The notes under the pieces: generated by a model
The model's input: only the letters and a program-made list of their open reading frames with translations
Told to the model about the DNA's origin: nothing
Database searches by the model: none
NCBI GenBank assembly: GCA_028023455.1
Contig: JAQFVV010000005.1
Span: forward strand, 22,072,001-22,136,000
DNA length: 64,000 bases
Source of the DNA: Epiperipatus broadwayi
Lineage: Eukaryota > Animalia > Onychophora
Direction: 5' to 3'
Part shown: positions 26,444 to 40,660 of the stretch, piece after piece
How positions within the stretch are numbered: the first letter of the stretch is position 1
How the letters are laid out: each line of letters opens with the position of its first letter
Position numbers and translations under genes: made by a program

Positions 26444-27039
26444 AGCACGCATGCTCACAGATGGCATTCCTTTCTTTATGTTGAAGATAATTAATTATAG
26501 TCAAACCCTATGATGTAGTGGAAATCTTGCTGTATGATGACTAGTTACAGACATTTATATTTATGAATGCACTCAAATATAGACAAATATATCATTTTAT
26601 GAACTACAGGTGTTAAGAATCCTAGTTACATCTGCCTGATTATATTTTAGATATTATGAGTTATATTGTATTTTGCACATATATCTTATTCTCTTCATAA
26701 AGAAAAGTGTTTGGCTTAATAACATTTATAATATTACTGTTGGTAATAAAGTTGCTTTATTGAAGTCAATACATATAATATGAGAAGATGAATTGGTCAT
26801 TGATTTTAGATCCTGTCTGGCATCCCATTCTCATTTATGTATATATGGACTAATTGACATCATGTGCATTTATATGATACATTAAAATAATAGTGTGGTA
26901 GTGTTCAAATAAAATTGAGCAACATTATCAATGCAGAAATAAAATTACTCATAATAATAAAACTAATGTAAAGCTAAGCACATAAACACTTTATGGTAAA
27001 TAGCTAACAGAATCTCATAAAATTATATATTTAAAAATT

Positions 27040-28230
27040 ACATAAATTTAATATTTAGTTTATAATCTGATGTGTGTATGTGAACCCTATTGTTATTTCT
27101 CATTAAGTTATTCCCATTATAACAATCTATCCAATCTGTCTTATACAATTGATACACATGACCACATACAGTTGAAAAAGATAAATCATCTCCACTAAAC
27201 GTACTTTGTGCTAAACCAGCACTCATCACTTGGTCCAGATCACTATCACCCACACATATATACAATTAGTTTTCAAATTATATTAAGATAGCTAAATCTT
27301 TAAATTTTAATAAACAAGCTTCAATCTTCTCCACCCTCCAGCTCTTCAACCACCCATTTTATTGAAAATCTGAGGATGGAATGCTCAAAGCCCTTGTTGA
27401 TGCCAATATTATTGTCATACCCATGTTGATCTTCAGTCATTCTGATCCCTCACACATAGGACCTTAATATTTCCATTTGATTATACAGAATAGATATGGT
27501 CAGAATACATGCTGAATATGTAATATTTGAATGCATATATTATCTATACTAAACTTAATGAAATTATAAGGGACTTGAACTCAAACTTTCAAGTTCCCTT
27601 CATCTATCCAATCTATCTTATACAACCAATACACACAATCACACACATGTGAAAAATATAAATGATCTCACTGAACTAGCATTCATCAGTTGGTCCAGAT
27701 CACCATCTCTCACACATATATAGAATCAGTGCTCAGTTTATATTAAGCTAGCAAATTTTTAAACTTTAATTGTCAAGCTTCAATCTTCTCCACTCTCCAA
27801 CTCTTCAGCCATCCATTTCATTGAAAATAGGAGGATGGAATGTTCAAAGCCCTTGTTGATTCCAATATGGGTATGACAATAATATTGACATCAACAAGGG
27901 CTTTGAGCATTTCATCCTCAGATTTTCAATGAAATGGATGGATGAAGAGTTGGGAGTTGGAGAGTAGAAAAGATTGAATCTTGTTCATTAAAGTTTAAAG
28001 ATTTTCTATTTTATTATAAACTGAGGACTGATTGTATATATATATATATGGGAAATGGTGATCTGAATCAAGTGATGAGTGCTAATTCAGCATGAAATAC
28101 ATATATTAGATATCATTTATCTTTTTCACATGTATGTGGTCATGTGTGTTGGTTGTAATAAAATAGATTGGATAGATGTAGGGAGCTTGAAAGTTCGAGT
28201 TCAAGTCCTTATAATTACATTAAGTTTAGT
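27040..28230. mobile_element. Second R1 cluster: two tandem units then an inverted unit
   Basis: Same blocks as 17420-18895. Direct units at ~460-bp spacing (27370, ~27829), inversion junction near 27868. Confidence 0.7.
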
Positions 28231-29170
28231 ATAGGCAAACGAAATATACGCTTGATAGGTGTTTTTGGTAGGACGCCATCTGTGGACATAAATACAAGCG
28301 TTAGAAAGTTTTTTAACTTGCATTTTTTTTTATTAAAAATGTTTCTTTGTGGTTTTTCTTGAAATAATTTGTATTGGGGGGTCTTCTATTGTGGGGTGGT
28401 GTTGACTGGGATCAGACCCATCTACCTTTTTGGTTTGCTTTTTTTGGATTTGAAACATTTCATGTCTAAAAATTCACCCTTAAGCTGAATAGAAATTGTT
28501 TCATAAACCTTAAAAGTTTTTATTTGGAGTTTTTTTTTTTTCTTTTCTTTCTTTAAAAAAAAAAATTAAAAATGATATTGAATGGGAATTAATATTGAGA
28601 ATAGAAAAACATTTAAAAAAAGGGGGGTTTGGGACATATATATATATATATAATATCAATTTTCCCTTCACATGTATATATAAATCTTTAACCTATGTGT
28701 GTATATATGCATAACAAAATGGTTTCTTTCTTATGTTTATATCACAAAGCTGAATGCACTTTTAGTAATGAATACCATAATTATAACTCTCATACTAGTT
28801 GTATACAGAAGCAGCAACAGTTATCACGTGAGCTATGATTATAGCTCTCAGCACCAAAAATGTACCTAATGTTATGATATAAAGATAAGAAAGAATCTAC
28901 TTCATTATGCATACATACACACTTAGGCTAAAGAATTATATATATATATTATAATATTTAACAGATGTTTCAAATGAAAGTGGAGTTTTCAATTTATAAT
29001 TATTTAATTAGAAAACCCTTATTCAGACAGCAGCTTATCAAGTTAACTGCCAAAGGCAAACTCCCAAGTATTGAATACTTTCATATATATATTAAACCAG
29101 GCTGCCTTGACAACAGTTTGTGGTTATGCTATTGATTTATTAGTTTATTAATTTCTATTGTTTTTTAATA

Positions 29171-29210
<40 letters not shown>

Positions 29211-29703
29211 TGTATGTATAAACAAAGAAGTCAGTGGAAATATTTCCATGTAATAATAGAAAAATATGTTTGCAATGGTGTTTCTAGGTAATTATTAATG
29301 ACAACTCCTGTGTTAAATTAATAAAAGACTACAAAAGTTTTTTTATCTTGCAAATTAGTTTCATGTAACATATTTGTATACATTGTACACTTATGCACGC
29401 TTATGTTTTTTAGTGCACAAAAAAAGTTCTTATTTCCACTTTTGATTAAAATATTAATTGACCTATTTCCAAGAATCCAGATATTCGTATATTTTAACCC
29501 ACAGCTTTTAATTTCAAGGTTTTTTTAGTTTGAAGTTAACAAAACTTGGAAACAAAATGCTCTCAACTTTGATAAAAATAAGCAAGTGGTATGAGAAAGA
29601 TAGAGGCTCTTTAACAGCTGTAGGATATAGAAAATGATTGTGGGACGATTTATAAAATATCTAAGTATATTTTATTTACAGCAGCGATATTTAATATATA
29701 TAT

Positions 29704-31510
29704 TGTAACGGAACGGAATTTTAGGCTGGTATGATAATAGGTTAGCCAGATCATCACGCTGGGTAAGAGAGTCTATCTACGATCCTTGCGCCTATATAAC
29801 CACATTTTCATTTCTGGGAGATGAGACGTTAATAATCAAATAAATATTACACTATATACCTACACTCATCTCCTCCTTACCATCTTTCATTTCCGTTATT
29901 CCCAGATTTAAAACTCATGGAGAATCTGCGGAGTTGTCTAGTTCAGGGTATATTTTGTGTTAGATGCAAACATTCGATTTCCTACCTTTACACACTGGTC
30001 TCCAATCTTGATTTTTTTTCATCAATTCTAGTATTAGTTTCCAAAATACGATTCAATTTCTCTGATGTTGTTTAAATTTCATCTTCAGAAAAGTTAACAT
30101 TTTGAGAAATTTGACTTTGTTTTTCTTTCATTTTATCTATTTTCCTATGTATGTATTCGTTTTTTTTAATTTTTAATGGTTTGATTTACTGAAGTATTAC
30201 TGTTTTAGATTTGATTTAATATACTAGTATAATTTTCCAGTAAAATTTCCATACTGTTCTTATTTTCCTTTATTTCAATTTCCATTAAGTTTTGTTTCAT
30301 GTTAAGACATTGATAATTGTTTTCCATTGATTGAAATTATTTTTCATGAGTATCTAATTTAGTATCTTATTCTTTTTTATTGTGATCGATTTCTATATGG
30401 ATATTCTTCATTCATTCACTGATGTCTTTTTGGTATTCTTTTTGATATTGACTGACTTTATCTACAAAATTTTCATATATTTTTTTCATTTCCAGATATC
30501 TCATTTCCATTTTATTTTCTAATTTTTCTTCAAATTCGATAAATCTTTTCTCACATTCAAGTTCTTTTTCTTCTATAACCTTTTTGAGTTGTCATATTTG
30601 GTTATTGATGTCGTCTGCACTTGTGATACTTCGTTTTGAGTTCACTTTTTAGATTATTTAATTTTTTTGTAAATATTTTCTTACACTATACATTGTTTGT
30701 TGGTGATCTGCTCTCATATCGGCTTTTATATTATCCATCATCTGCTATATCATCATCATCATTTGATTGAATGATTCATTATTTACATTTTCTTTCTCTT
30801 CCTCTACTTTATTTGGAGTTTTAGTAATATTCAAGGATTGTATAATTTCTACTGTTGTCCCCCCAGATACACTAAAGTTATATTCTTTTTCTACTTCTTC
30901 TAAAATATTACTCTCCATTTCTTCTCTATTCATTGCACTTCGTATTTATGTCTTGTATTTATATTTCATTTTCTTTTTCAATACTTGTTTCTAATTGTAT
31001 CATTTTGAGTTTACTTCTTGTAATCATATATATTTCTACTACTTTATTTTAATTTGTTATATTAATTATTATTTCTATCTTTAAACTGTGATAAATATTT
31101 CTTATAATATTGTACATCATGAAAATATTCCTCATTATTTACACTTTCACTATTTTTGTGAAAACAAAATGTTATGTTCATATGAACTGTTAACTTTATT
31201 TGACTTTTTAATTTACTATTTGTTCTCTCCATATTAAACCATTTGAATCAGTTCACTATCATCTATTTTGTATGATTTTTGCTCGTAAGTAATTTAACAT
31301 TCAAGTTCAATTGGTCATGCCAAAAAAGTTTTTTATAAATAAATATGTTTATATTCTATTGTTTTTTATTATTGAAATTATTGAATTGTAGATTAATATA
31401 TAATATCCAAGTAACCCACAAGTGAATAGATTTTATATGTAACCAAGTTGATATTAATATATGTTTCTAGGCCCTGTGATTGGTAGTGCCATATGTAACA
31501 GAATGGGATT
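29704..31510 (-). mobile_element. Probable internally deleted LTR retrotransposon (3' LTR 29704-29864, PPT, decayed coiled-coil gag-like region, PBS/5' LTR junction relics)
   Basis: On -: a polypurine tract AAGGAGGAGATGAG (29865-29878) directly precedes TGTAGG…CGTTACA (161-bp TG…CA). An E/K/N-rich decayed frame spans ~30000-30930. TGTAACAGAATGGGATTTT at ~31494 resembles the LTR end and is adjacent on - to TATGGCAC (PBS-like). Confidence 0.5.
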
Positions 31511-32479
31511 TTGATTCATAATATTGATATGTGTTTCAATGCCCTGTAATTGGTTGCACCATATGTAACAGAAATATATATATATATAGCTCAGTGTATA
31601 TGTAATTAGTGGAGTAAACCATTTTCTCCTTAGCTATGAATAAATAAAACATTATTGACAAAGGATCAAGAAGAGAATGGATCTACCTATTCTTTAAGTT
31701 TTTGATGTTTATAAGCTTCTTACCTTTTCTAAGAGTGATGAAAATTCAGAGTGAACTCAATATATCAATTAGACAAAAAAATGACATCAATAATTATTAA
31801 ATCAGTAATCAGTTATATAAGATTAGAGACTGAATCTCACTACTTTAATAATCGAACAGAAGTTACAATATAATCTTGGATCATATTTATGTTATAAATG
31901 AGATCATCATTATCCATCATTGTCAGTATATGTCAGTGAAGAGTTATGAAAAAAGATCTGTACAAAAATACTGGAATGAATTCACCCACAAATTATTGGA
32001 ATGATGTTAAATTAGGCAGTATCCCTTAAAAATTAATACCAGATACTTCTGATTTAGACCTTAAGATAGATTAATTTAATTATAAAGCCAAACCTAATTT
32101 TTAATTAAAAAAATAATCATGCTATTTGTAATATATCAAATAAACTTTATAAATCTTCAAGGATAAATGAGTAATAAAAATGTAACCACTAGGAGATGTG
32201 GTAGTATCAAGGACAAGTAAGGAAAGAAGGAAGAGAATGTCCTCCTTGATCAGCAATTATGAGGATATAATGAAAACTTCTCCAGGATCAAATCATACAC
32301 AGCCATATTACATAACTTTCTCTTATGCTTATTCATATGATTCCACAAGCAGTTTCTTCCTCTTGAATCACCTATGTTAAGCTTGAAGAATCAATTGATA
32401 TCAAATAATAGAGTGCTACAATAATGCCATCTCAGATATATTTCTGGCTTTTGTTGGTACTAATTTAATTTACCTTATA

Positions 32480-32670
32480 ATGACAACAATATTGGCATCA
32501 GCATGGGATTTGGGTTTTCCATCATCAGATTTTCAATGGTATAGATGGCTGAAGAGTTGGAGGTTGACGTAGATTGAAACCTGTCCATTAAAGTATGAAG
32601 ATTTGCTATCTTAATATAAACTAAGCACTGATTATATATTGTACTGGTCAAAACATGTTTACCCATCTAA
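32480..32670 (-). repeat. Partial R1 unit
   Basis: catcatcagattttcaatgg…gctgaagagttgg…ccattaaagtatgaagat…taagcactgatt matches R1. Confidence 0.7.
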
Positions 32671-34061
32671 CATGAGCTGGAACTCACAAACTGTACTTCA
32701 AACCCAGTCAAGCCCGAGATTTAGGTCAGGGACCAGCCTGAATTCGAACCCACTCTCTAAGCCCCAGATCAAACACCTAATGGATAACATAACAATGATG
32801 GAACATGAGAATTAATTTTAATTCTGGCCCACTAGCAGAGCAGAGAAGACAATGAGACATCTATTAACTATGACTTAACTAAAGTATATATATGCATGGC
32901 TATATGTGTGGAAGTGGAGAAAGAAGAATTCAAACTACTCAAACAGATTAAGCAATAAATAAAATAGTTTAATATAATGACAAATTATTAATTTATATAT
33001 ATGAATTAACTGCACACATTAGTATGTGCGTGAATGAGCAAGCATCTACCAAACGATAGACAATTATATATTGTCATTCACGTTATTCTTTCTCATATGC
33101 TCTTTTATTAATTAAATAACATATACTATAAATAACACACATCTTTGGTGGGTTCACTATTAAGATGCCAATCGATTATTAGAAAAGATTACATAATATT
33201 GCTATCAACGCTTTGGATTATGGTTCTGAAACATGGTGACTAACATTATTTTGGGGAGGGTTCCAAGATTCATTACAGATATAATATAAGCTATTTTCAC
33301 GTCATTACAGTCATGAAAATAAATAAAACACATTTGAAAATTACATTTAATTCTATGACAAAGATACTTAATGAAACTTCTGTTAATTAGCACTGGTAAG
33401 AAGAATGCACATTTACCCCAAGGCATATAGATACTCTTAACTACAGAAATAAGTTACGATGATGGGATTGTATAAGACTGAAATAAATTTAATTAATAAA
33501 ACTAGAAGCAGTTGGAATTTATATATATTTTGAGCAGAGTCCAATTTTAATATTAGAGCATTAAAACTGGGTCATGAAGCAAAAGAAATAATAATACGAA
33601 GAAGTTTGCGGTGCTGACATAATAGCCTAAAAATATCAGGAAAAGTCATGCTTCTGGATGAAAGACAAAGTCTAAGACCCCCTTCTTGGGTAATGCTTAG
33701 AGAAAAGTGGATAGGCAGGCCATAGACATTGCTGATGTGCAGGCCTTATGTACAAAGAAAGTGGGTAGGCATAGTGTGTGCCAGACTTAGGGAATCACCA
33801 CCAGAGGCTCTTTTATACAAAATAAATGGTTCTGGGAAGGTCAACTATCCTCAGAACAAGGCTTGAGAAATAAATCTATGGGTTCGAACTTGTCACAACC
33901 CCCAGATTAGAAGCACATAATATATATATACAAAGATAGGCCGAATGTCAGTAACGCAGTAATGATAAATGTCACTAACGACATTGAAAAAGTTTTACTG
34001 CTTTAAAAATAAATGACCCTAATTTGAATGCCATAATTTGTATAAATAATATGCTATGCCG

Positions 34062-34066
<5 letters not shown>

Positions 34067-34139
<73 letters not shown>
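34067..34139. repeat. (TA)n(GA)n microsatellite
   Basis: Direct reading. Confidence 0.95.
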
Positions 34140-36413
34140 TTTCATTTAATAAAATATACATGAAGGTTTTATTTAGTAAAAGAAACATTAAGATTTATCC
34201 CCTTCTCTTTTCTACTATTTAAAATAATTCAATCCCACCTTCATGGATTTTACAACTGAGAATATTTAAGCTTATGATATTTTAAGAGTAAATAAAAAAG
34301 ACTAGCAGTTATATAGAAAACAAATAATCGGTCACCTTTTCAGAATTGAATAACATTTATAAAATAAATAAGGTTTCAAAGCGTTAATTAGCTTGAGTTC
34401 TGGATTCACCCTGGGGAGAAAATCCAGAATTAAACAAATATATTTTTATACTAAAACATAAATAAAATGTTGACTCGAAAAACAATCTGGTGAGCATATT
34501 AATTAATAATGCGTTGTTTTAAATGGACGTTAAAAAATTAATTCATGGAGGTTTACTTAAAAAGAAGAAAAGATTTTAGAAATTCAACTCATCAGAGTGT
34601 TTGAAATTGGCATATTAATAATAACTAAAATAGACATATAAAATTAAGTGATAAATAACTATAAATAAATGACCGCACCAAAATTAAAGAAAGTTAGAGC
34701 ATATTAGATGGGATTAAATTTATAGAAATTATTTACGAGCAATTTACATATTATATATTAGAAATAAAGTTAAATAATACATTAGGAGAAATCTTGATAG
34801 ATGAGTTAGGCTAGATTTAGTTTGAAGTGATGGCTTGAAAAGTTACCTTGCAATTTTAAGAGTCCAATTTAAAGTATGGCACGTGCATGGCAATTGAAAT
34901 AAAAGTTCTTTGGTGGCAGCAAGCTTCTATTAGCATTCTAAAATTCTTAGATCGGGCTTTTACTTTACTCTTGGGCAGCAGAATGGTATGGCTGTAGAAG
35001 ATGATGACCCAACAGGGCCAAGAAGGGTGGTGGGCTTACTACTATATCATTTTAAGTTTCAAGCAACGTGTAATAAGTTTACAATACAGTTCTCTCAATA
35101 GTAGCTAATCTATCTCTCAATAGTGGCTAATCTGTTGGTGATTTAAAATTCAGCCATTTTATACTCCTCCCAGGTATTTGAAGAATGCTTTCAATTACTT
35201 GGTTTAAGCCTTAAAATCTAATCTCTGATCTAACAGAAATTTTACATTTCTTTGTCTATTGTTTTTGAAAGATGCAACATTAGATAATGTCCAAAATAAA
35301 TTCAAATCTATTTCCAGATTAGAAATAGATTTGACAGAAATGTTTATAACAAAAGAAAATATTAATCCCCATTTTATTTTAAGTAAAAACTTTAATGAAA
35401 AATACCTTCCCCAGATTAAAACAATAGTGTTTCCAACCCTTTAATTAATTTTGGACAATTAACAGTTGCATCTTCCATATTGGCTTTTATAAACTACAGT
35501 TTAATAGAAAAAAAAGTACTTTAAAAAGAAAAAGTTGTATAAATGACATATAATAAAATATTTTAAAAAATCAATATTTTTGTTAGTATTTTGCACCTAT
35601 GTAGTTTAATAAAAAAAAAAAAAAACCTAATAATTAATAAAATAGAATGAATAATCATAAAATTATTAATAATAAAATGTTATTGAAAGTTAAAATGTAT
35701 AAATTTAGGCGCGCATCTCAAATATATACATAAAATATATATACACGACAAAAGGAGTGGGATGAGATATAGGGTTTGAACACGGGTTAGTAGATGGAGG
35801 TGTGAAGCTCAATCTTAAGCTAAGATTGACTGCTTCAATATATGTGTGAGAGATGATAATTTGGACCAATTGATGAGTGCTCTTTTCTACATGTGTATCA
35901 GAGATATGAGATAGTGTGGATAGTTGAAAGGTGCTTGAAAGTCTGAGTTCAAATCTATATTTACAATTAGACTCCAGTTATATGAAGAGTGCCTGTATTT
36001 CAAATATTACTTATAATAAGTAGATAAATTGTATCTTCCGACAAAAATCTAAAATATATATCTCGAATTAAAAATGATGCTAGACATCACTGATCCAACC
36101 CATTAAATCTAAGCTATACTTCCGAACAAAACATTTTTTCATTTTATAAAGAAAAGAATCATAAACATCTGTTTCTAATTAATCATTCTTTTTAAAAAGA
36201 CCAAAATGAAAATAATCTTTTACAATATAATTTTTAACTTCAATCTTTTAAGAACTTTTCTTGGAAAAATTTAATTCAAAATAAATACATACAAAATGTA
36301 TGTAAAGAAAAGGTTAGTTTAATACTTTAACAATATGGTTTGCTTAGCATGCTGTTAAAGTATTCATCTAAGCTTTTCTTTATATACATTTTGTACGTAT
36401 TTATTTAATTTTT

Positions 36414-36627
36414 AATTCTAACAAACTTGTAATGATCAAGTTACTCTGAAAAGATAAATTAGACTATAAGAAAGTCTTAAATGCAGTAAGCCAGCTTTCG
36501 ACAGATTTCTGCCAGCACTATGATTCGAACAGCGATCTGCCGAAACCTGGCTCAGTGCATTTAATACTTAATTATAGTCTAATTTATCTTTTCAGATTAA
36601 CTTGAAAATTACAAGTTTGTTAGAATT
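36414..36627. repeat. ~215-bp near-perfect palindrome (MITE-like hairpin)
   Basis: aattctaacaaacttgtaat…tctgaaaagataaattagactataa…gccagctttcgacagat is the reverse complement of atctgccgaaacctggc…ttatagtctaatttatcttttcaga…attacaagtttgttagaatt, around a ~27-nt spacer. Confidence 0.8.
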
Positions 36628-37032
36628 ATATAATTGTATGAAAAGAGTATATACTATTGAGAATGTAATTTTTAATGAAAACAATCCTTGCTTAGATTTG
36701 TTAACCAGACATTTTCTTTTTGATCAAAAATAAAAACTTTTTCATAATTTAAAAATAATAAATATTAATATCATTGCAAGAATCACATATGCTATAAAGA
36801 GCAATACAGCTCTATTGCATCATGTAAAAGCTTTCATGCATGAACACACACACACAACATCTTACTACATTAAAAAACACAACTGAAAATAAAGTAACAG
36901 ACACTGTCTAATCAGATGGAAAAAATAATAAATGTAACAAATGGTTAATTGAGCTTGTTTTAGGAATTTTTGGTTTTAAAGCCCATTATTTTATCATTGC
37001 CATTAAACTGCAAAGACTAATCAAAGAATATG

Positions 37033-37135
37033 CTATTTTTCTTATTTTTTTTTCATATGTCAAATTGTTGACCGGGAAGCGAACCCGGGCCAGCTGCTTG
37101 GAAGGCAGCTACGCTAACCACAAGGCCACCGATGC
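37033..37135 (-). mobile_element. tRNA-Gly(TCC)-derived short SINE copy
   Basis: Minus strand GCATCGGTGGCCTTGTGGTTAGCGTAGCTGCCTTCCAAGCAGCTGGCCCGGGTTCGCTTCCCGGTCAAC + TTTGACATATG + A-rich tail; same family as 4051-4154. Confidence 0.8.
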
Positions 37136-38254
37136 TTTGAAGTGTTTCCAGTAAATAATTGCATAAAAAGGTGATTTGGAGGGTAATTTTGTTTTTTTTA
37201 AAAAAATCAATTGTTTGCCCTTATATATCGAATGAATGGTGATGAAAATTAACAATTTTAATTTTCACTATTTCACAAGGCACAAGTATAAGGACCTTTC
37301 CACTGCCCTCAAGTATAGGAAAATGGTATTAAAAACAGTGTGGAGCTTATTTATATTAAATCATCATTTTTATAAAGCATAAACAAGAGTTGTTAGTTTG
37401 TGAAGAAAGAATCATTCATCTATAAATGCCAAGACCATGTTTTTTTTTTTGGTGATGTTAATTTATCCATCATTTTTACAAGGAATAAAAAATAATTTCT
37501 GATTGTATATATATTTGTTTATTTTCCAAATTTTAACTTATAATGTTACATATATTTTTTATAAAAAAAAATTCAATCTAAATAAAAAAATTTTTTTATT
37601 TCAACTAATATCAATATCATTACTATCTACATTTGCTGACTAATTGTAGTGTTGCCTTGACAACATAATACTGATATTCTATTTACTTTGTTTAAGCATG
37701 AAGACTGTGATGATAAATTTTACATCTAATAAGCAATTAGTTGTAGATTTATAGTTTATTATATTTAAAATATATATATCACTTTAGCAAGTAATTTTTG
37801 AGAAATAAATATTAATACATAAACTCTTTATCTATTGGTTGTCAAGGAAGTAATCTTGACGTACACATAATTTATGATTTATATATTGCAGAATACAGCA
37901 TGGTAAAATAAACTGAAATACTCAATGCAAATATTAAATGTATGCTAGGACTATCATATTATATCTTGTTTTGAAATATATACTTTTTTATCAAAAAAAG
38001 CAATAAAGTATTTACAGTTAGCATACAACCAAGACTACAATATTATATACATATTGTTGTATCAGAGATATGTAGCTAGATAAATAGTTTAACATAAGTT
38101 TATTATAGTTGCGTTTGAAATTTGAGTCATTAGTTTAAATAGCACCATAGAGATCTGACTATGGGTTGGATATTTACTGCTGAAAACCAAATAGTCAAAA
38201 CTAATCTGGGAATCTGTTTGGCACTTCTATTTGGTGTCCATTGATTTATCATCA

Positions 38255-38760
38255 TCTTTGACTTTAACCATTATCAATCCACTGCATTATGAAGATCTTT
38301 CTAAGATTAATCCAATTTCTTTAATCAATAGTTACTCTTCACCATATCACATCAGCTAATTTCCTTATTTCCTTTTTCCATCTCATAGGTAGTCCCTTTT
38401 TAGGTCTTGATAATCATTTGGGATCCAATTTTAGACTTTAACTGTTCATGTATTATTTTCTCTTTTAACAATATATCAATCCCGGTTCCATTTTAGGCTC
38501 TTAATTCTTCTCTTTTTTAACCCATGTATATGTTTTGATCTTACTTATACTACAACCACATCATTCTTCATATTTTGTTGAGAAATCTGAAATCTCTGTA
38601 TTTCTTTTCTGTTAAGTATTCAAATCTCAGATCCATAATTAAGAACTGTAAAATGTATCTATTAAAAACATTTCTTTTCCAATACCTAAGAATTTTTTCT
38701 TTTAATATTATATTACTTCTATCAGAAGCACTTCATCTAAACTTAATTATATGATTATTT
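38255..38760 (-). mobile_element. RTE-type LINE 3' relic
   Basis: Reverse complement matches the 62900-63390 region (…gcagtggattgataatggttaaag…). Confidence 0.55.
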
Positions 38761-39839
38761 ATGCTTATATAAGTAATTGTGAAATAGAATGATGTAAACT
38801 TGTTATCACAGTTATGGCAAATATTAGATGGAAGCATGTTTTGTCTTCATAATTGGAACTGAAAAATTATCTTCCATGAACTAATATGTGATAGCAAATC
38901 ATCAATTGGGCTGTTTGTTTTAATTTAAGTGTGAGATTTTGCATAATGAAAGTCTAAAACAGCTTATTCAAAGGCAATTCATTCACAACCCTGACAATCT
39001 GCACAAAATATGCTATTCTCTGTGATAGACATTTCACCAAAAAATATGGAGATGCAAAAATAATTCAACCACAAACAGATAAATGAAATAATAAGGATAT
39101 ATTTTTTATTTTGCAAATTTTAATTGCAACTAACTTTAAAAGTGATGTCTTTTTGATGTCTAGTAAAGTATTTTTTGGCAACAAAGAATTTGAAAAGTGC
39201 AATGGTTGATGACCATATTAACTTTTGAAGATTTAACCTCTCAACCTTTGTAAGATAATTAGTAAATATTCATGAGAAAGGATAGGTTATCAATCATCAT
39301 TGTATAAGATAAGGTTTGCTTAATACATGAGATTCCAGCTATGAATAAATATATTATTGTTGGTATTAATTTCCTAACTAAAGAATAAAAGGGTCTATTT
39401 ATGATTGGTATAAAACTGATGACTCTAAAATATATAAGAACTGGTTTGATGATAAATACATATAATTGTGCAAACAAGTTGATTTGAGTTTAAATCCTTA
39501 GGCTTTTGAATTTTAGGTCATTATCTTGAATAATATGGAGCACAAAGTGGCTGCTAAATATGTCATTTTTATAAGTTGAACTTTGATTTGAATTAAAATA
39601 TTCACCCAAAAATAAATGAATGGCTTTATAGCTCAGGTGTTTTAAGACATTTGAGCACTGAAAGTAACAGAGTTGGGCTGCAATCCATGGTTCTTGCATT
39701 CCAGATTCTACTATTCTACCACTGCATTAAACCAAGGAGAGTAAAAGGCTGGTAATTGAATGGTTTAATTGCTCAGAAATTCATAAAAAAATTTGAGTAT
39801 TTAATTGATAAAAGAAAAGTCCAGAATTTGCTTTGGGGG

Positions 39840-40030
39840 AAAAAATAGGCAAAACTCTCCATACAGTAGTGCTACTCAGTGCAAGCCAGAGTAATCAATG
39901 GATGCCAGAAGGCTTGTTCATAAAATCCCTATCTAGTGCCTACTTATGCAATATCCCCAGACTAGTTTTTATCTTGTGGCTTTCATCAGTGAGGAACCTT
40001 GGAGTTATGAGCAAGCATAAGAAATGATGA
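39840..40030 (+). repeat. Dispersed repeat with a partner at ~57945-58115 in opposite orientation
   Basis: ggcaaaactctccatacagtagtg…gcaagccagagtaatcaatg…gccagaagg…aaaatccctatctagtgcc…aatatccccagact is shared. The ORF track shows both as MPEGLxxKSLSSAY. Confidence 0.7.
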
Positions 40031-40610
40031 TCATGTGATGTTTAGTGGAGTAATATGATTTGGGGATGAGGATATTACATGACCTAGACTATCCAGTGTT
40101 CATTGATTACTCAAGCTTATAATAGATGGAGAATATGAAAAATTACTGGATAGGTGCATTTACACGTTTGTTTTCAATTTTTTTGTATTCATTAGTGCAT
40201 CTTTTATCTATCACAAGCATCCATTGGGCACATTTCATGAACAACTTTTACTCACCAAGTGAATCAAATAACAATTATGTATTGATGTTTTTTTTAATTG
40301 CACCACATCCTCTCAAGGTATATTTCTACTTGCTTTTAACATCTTGTCTAAAGTGAGTAACCATTTCACTGTTAAATGGTTGTGATATGATGAAGTTGAG
40401 ATGAGAGATGTACTGATAAAAAACAAAAAATTTTTAAAGTATATGTATTTATATTGATGTTTTAAGACAATGTTTTTTTTTTAAATTTATAAGTAAAAAT
40501 AATATTAAAAAATTAAATTTGAATTAAAGAATTTGTTTTTTGTTTTAATATTTAATAAACAATTTGTTATATATGTTTAATTTTTATTACAAGTTACTTA
40601 TATAAATTGT

Positions 40611-40660
40611 GTAGTTAGTCCTGAAGAAGTCTGTTGGACAGTTGAAACTGTCAGCTATTT
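40611..40660 (+). ncRNA. Degenerate PLE-type minimal hammerhead motif
   Basis: CTGAAGA-AGTCTG(TTGGA)CAGTT-GAAA-CT-GTC has both core halves and a GUC. Stem I registration is imperfect. Confidence 0.45.

Noticed and set aside
26289-26504. Poly-Asn/Asp and poly-Tyr/His ORFs
   Set aside because: Translation of the (TAA)n(TGA)n microsatellite.
37064-37135. Functional tRNA-Gly(TCC) gene
   Set aside because: The acceptor stem does not pair, the T-loop has the family-specific TTCGCT, and it carries the SINE tail shared with 4051-4154.
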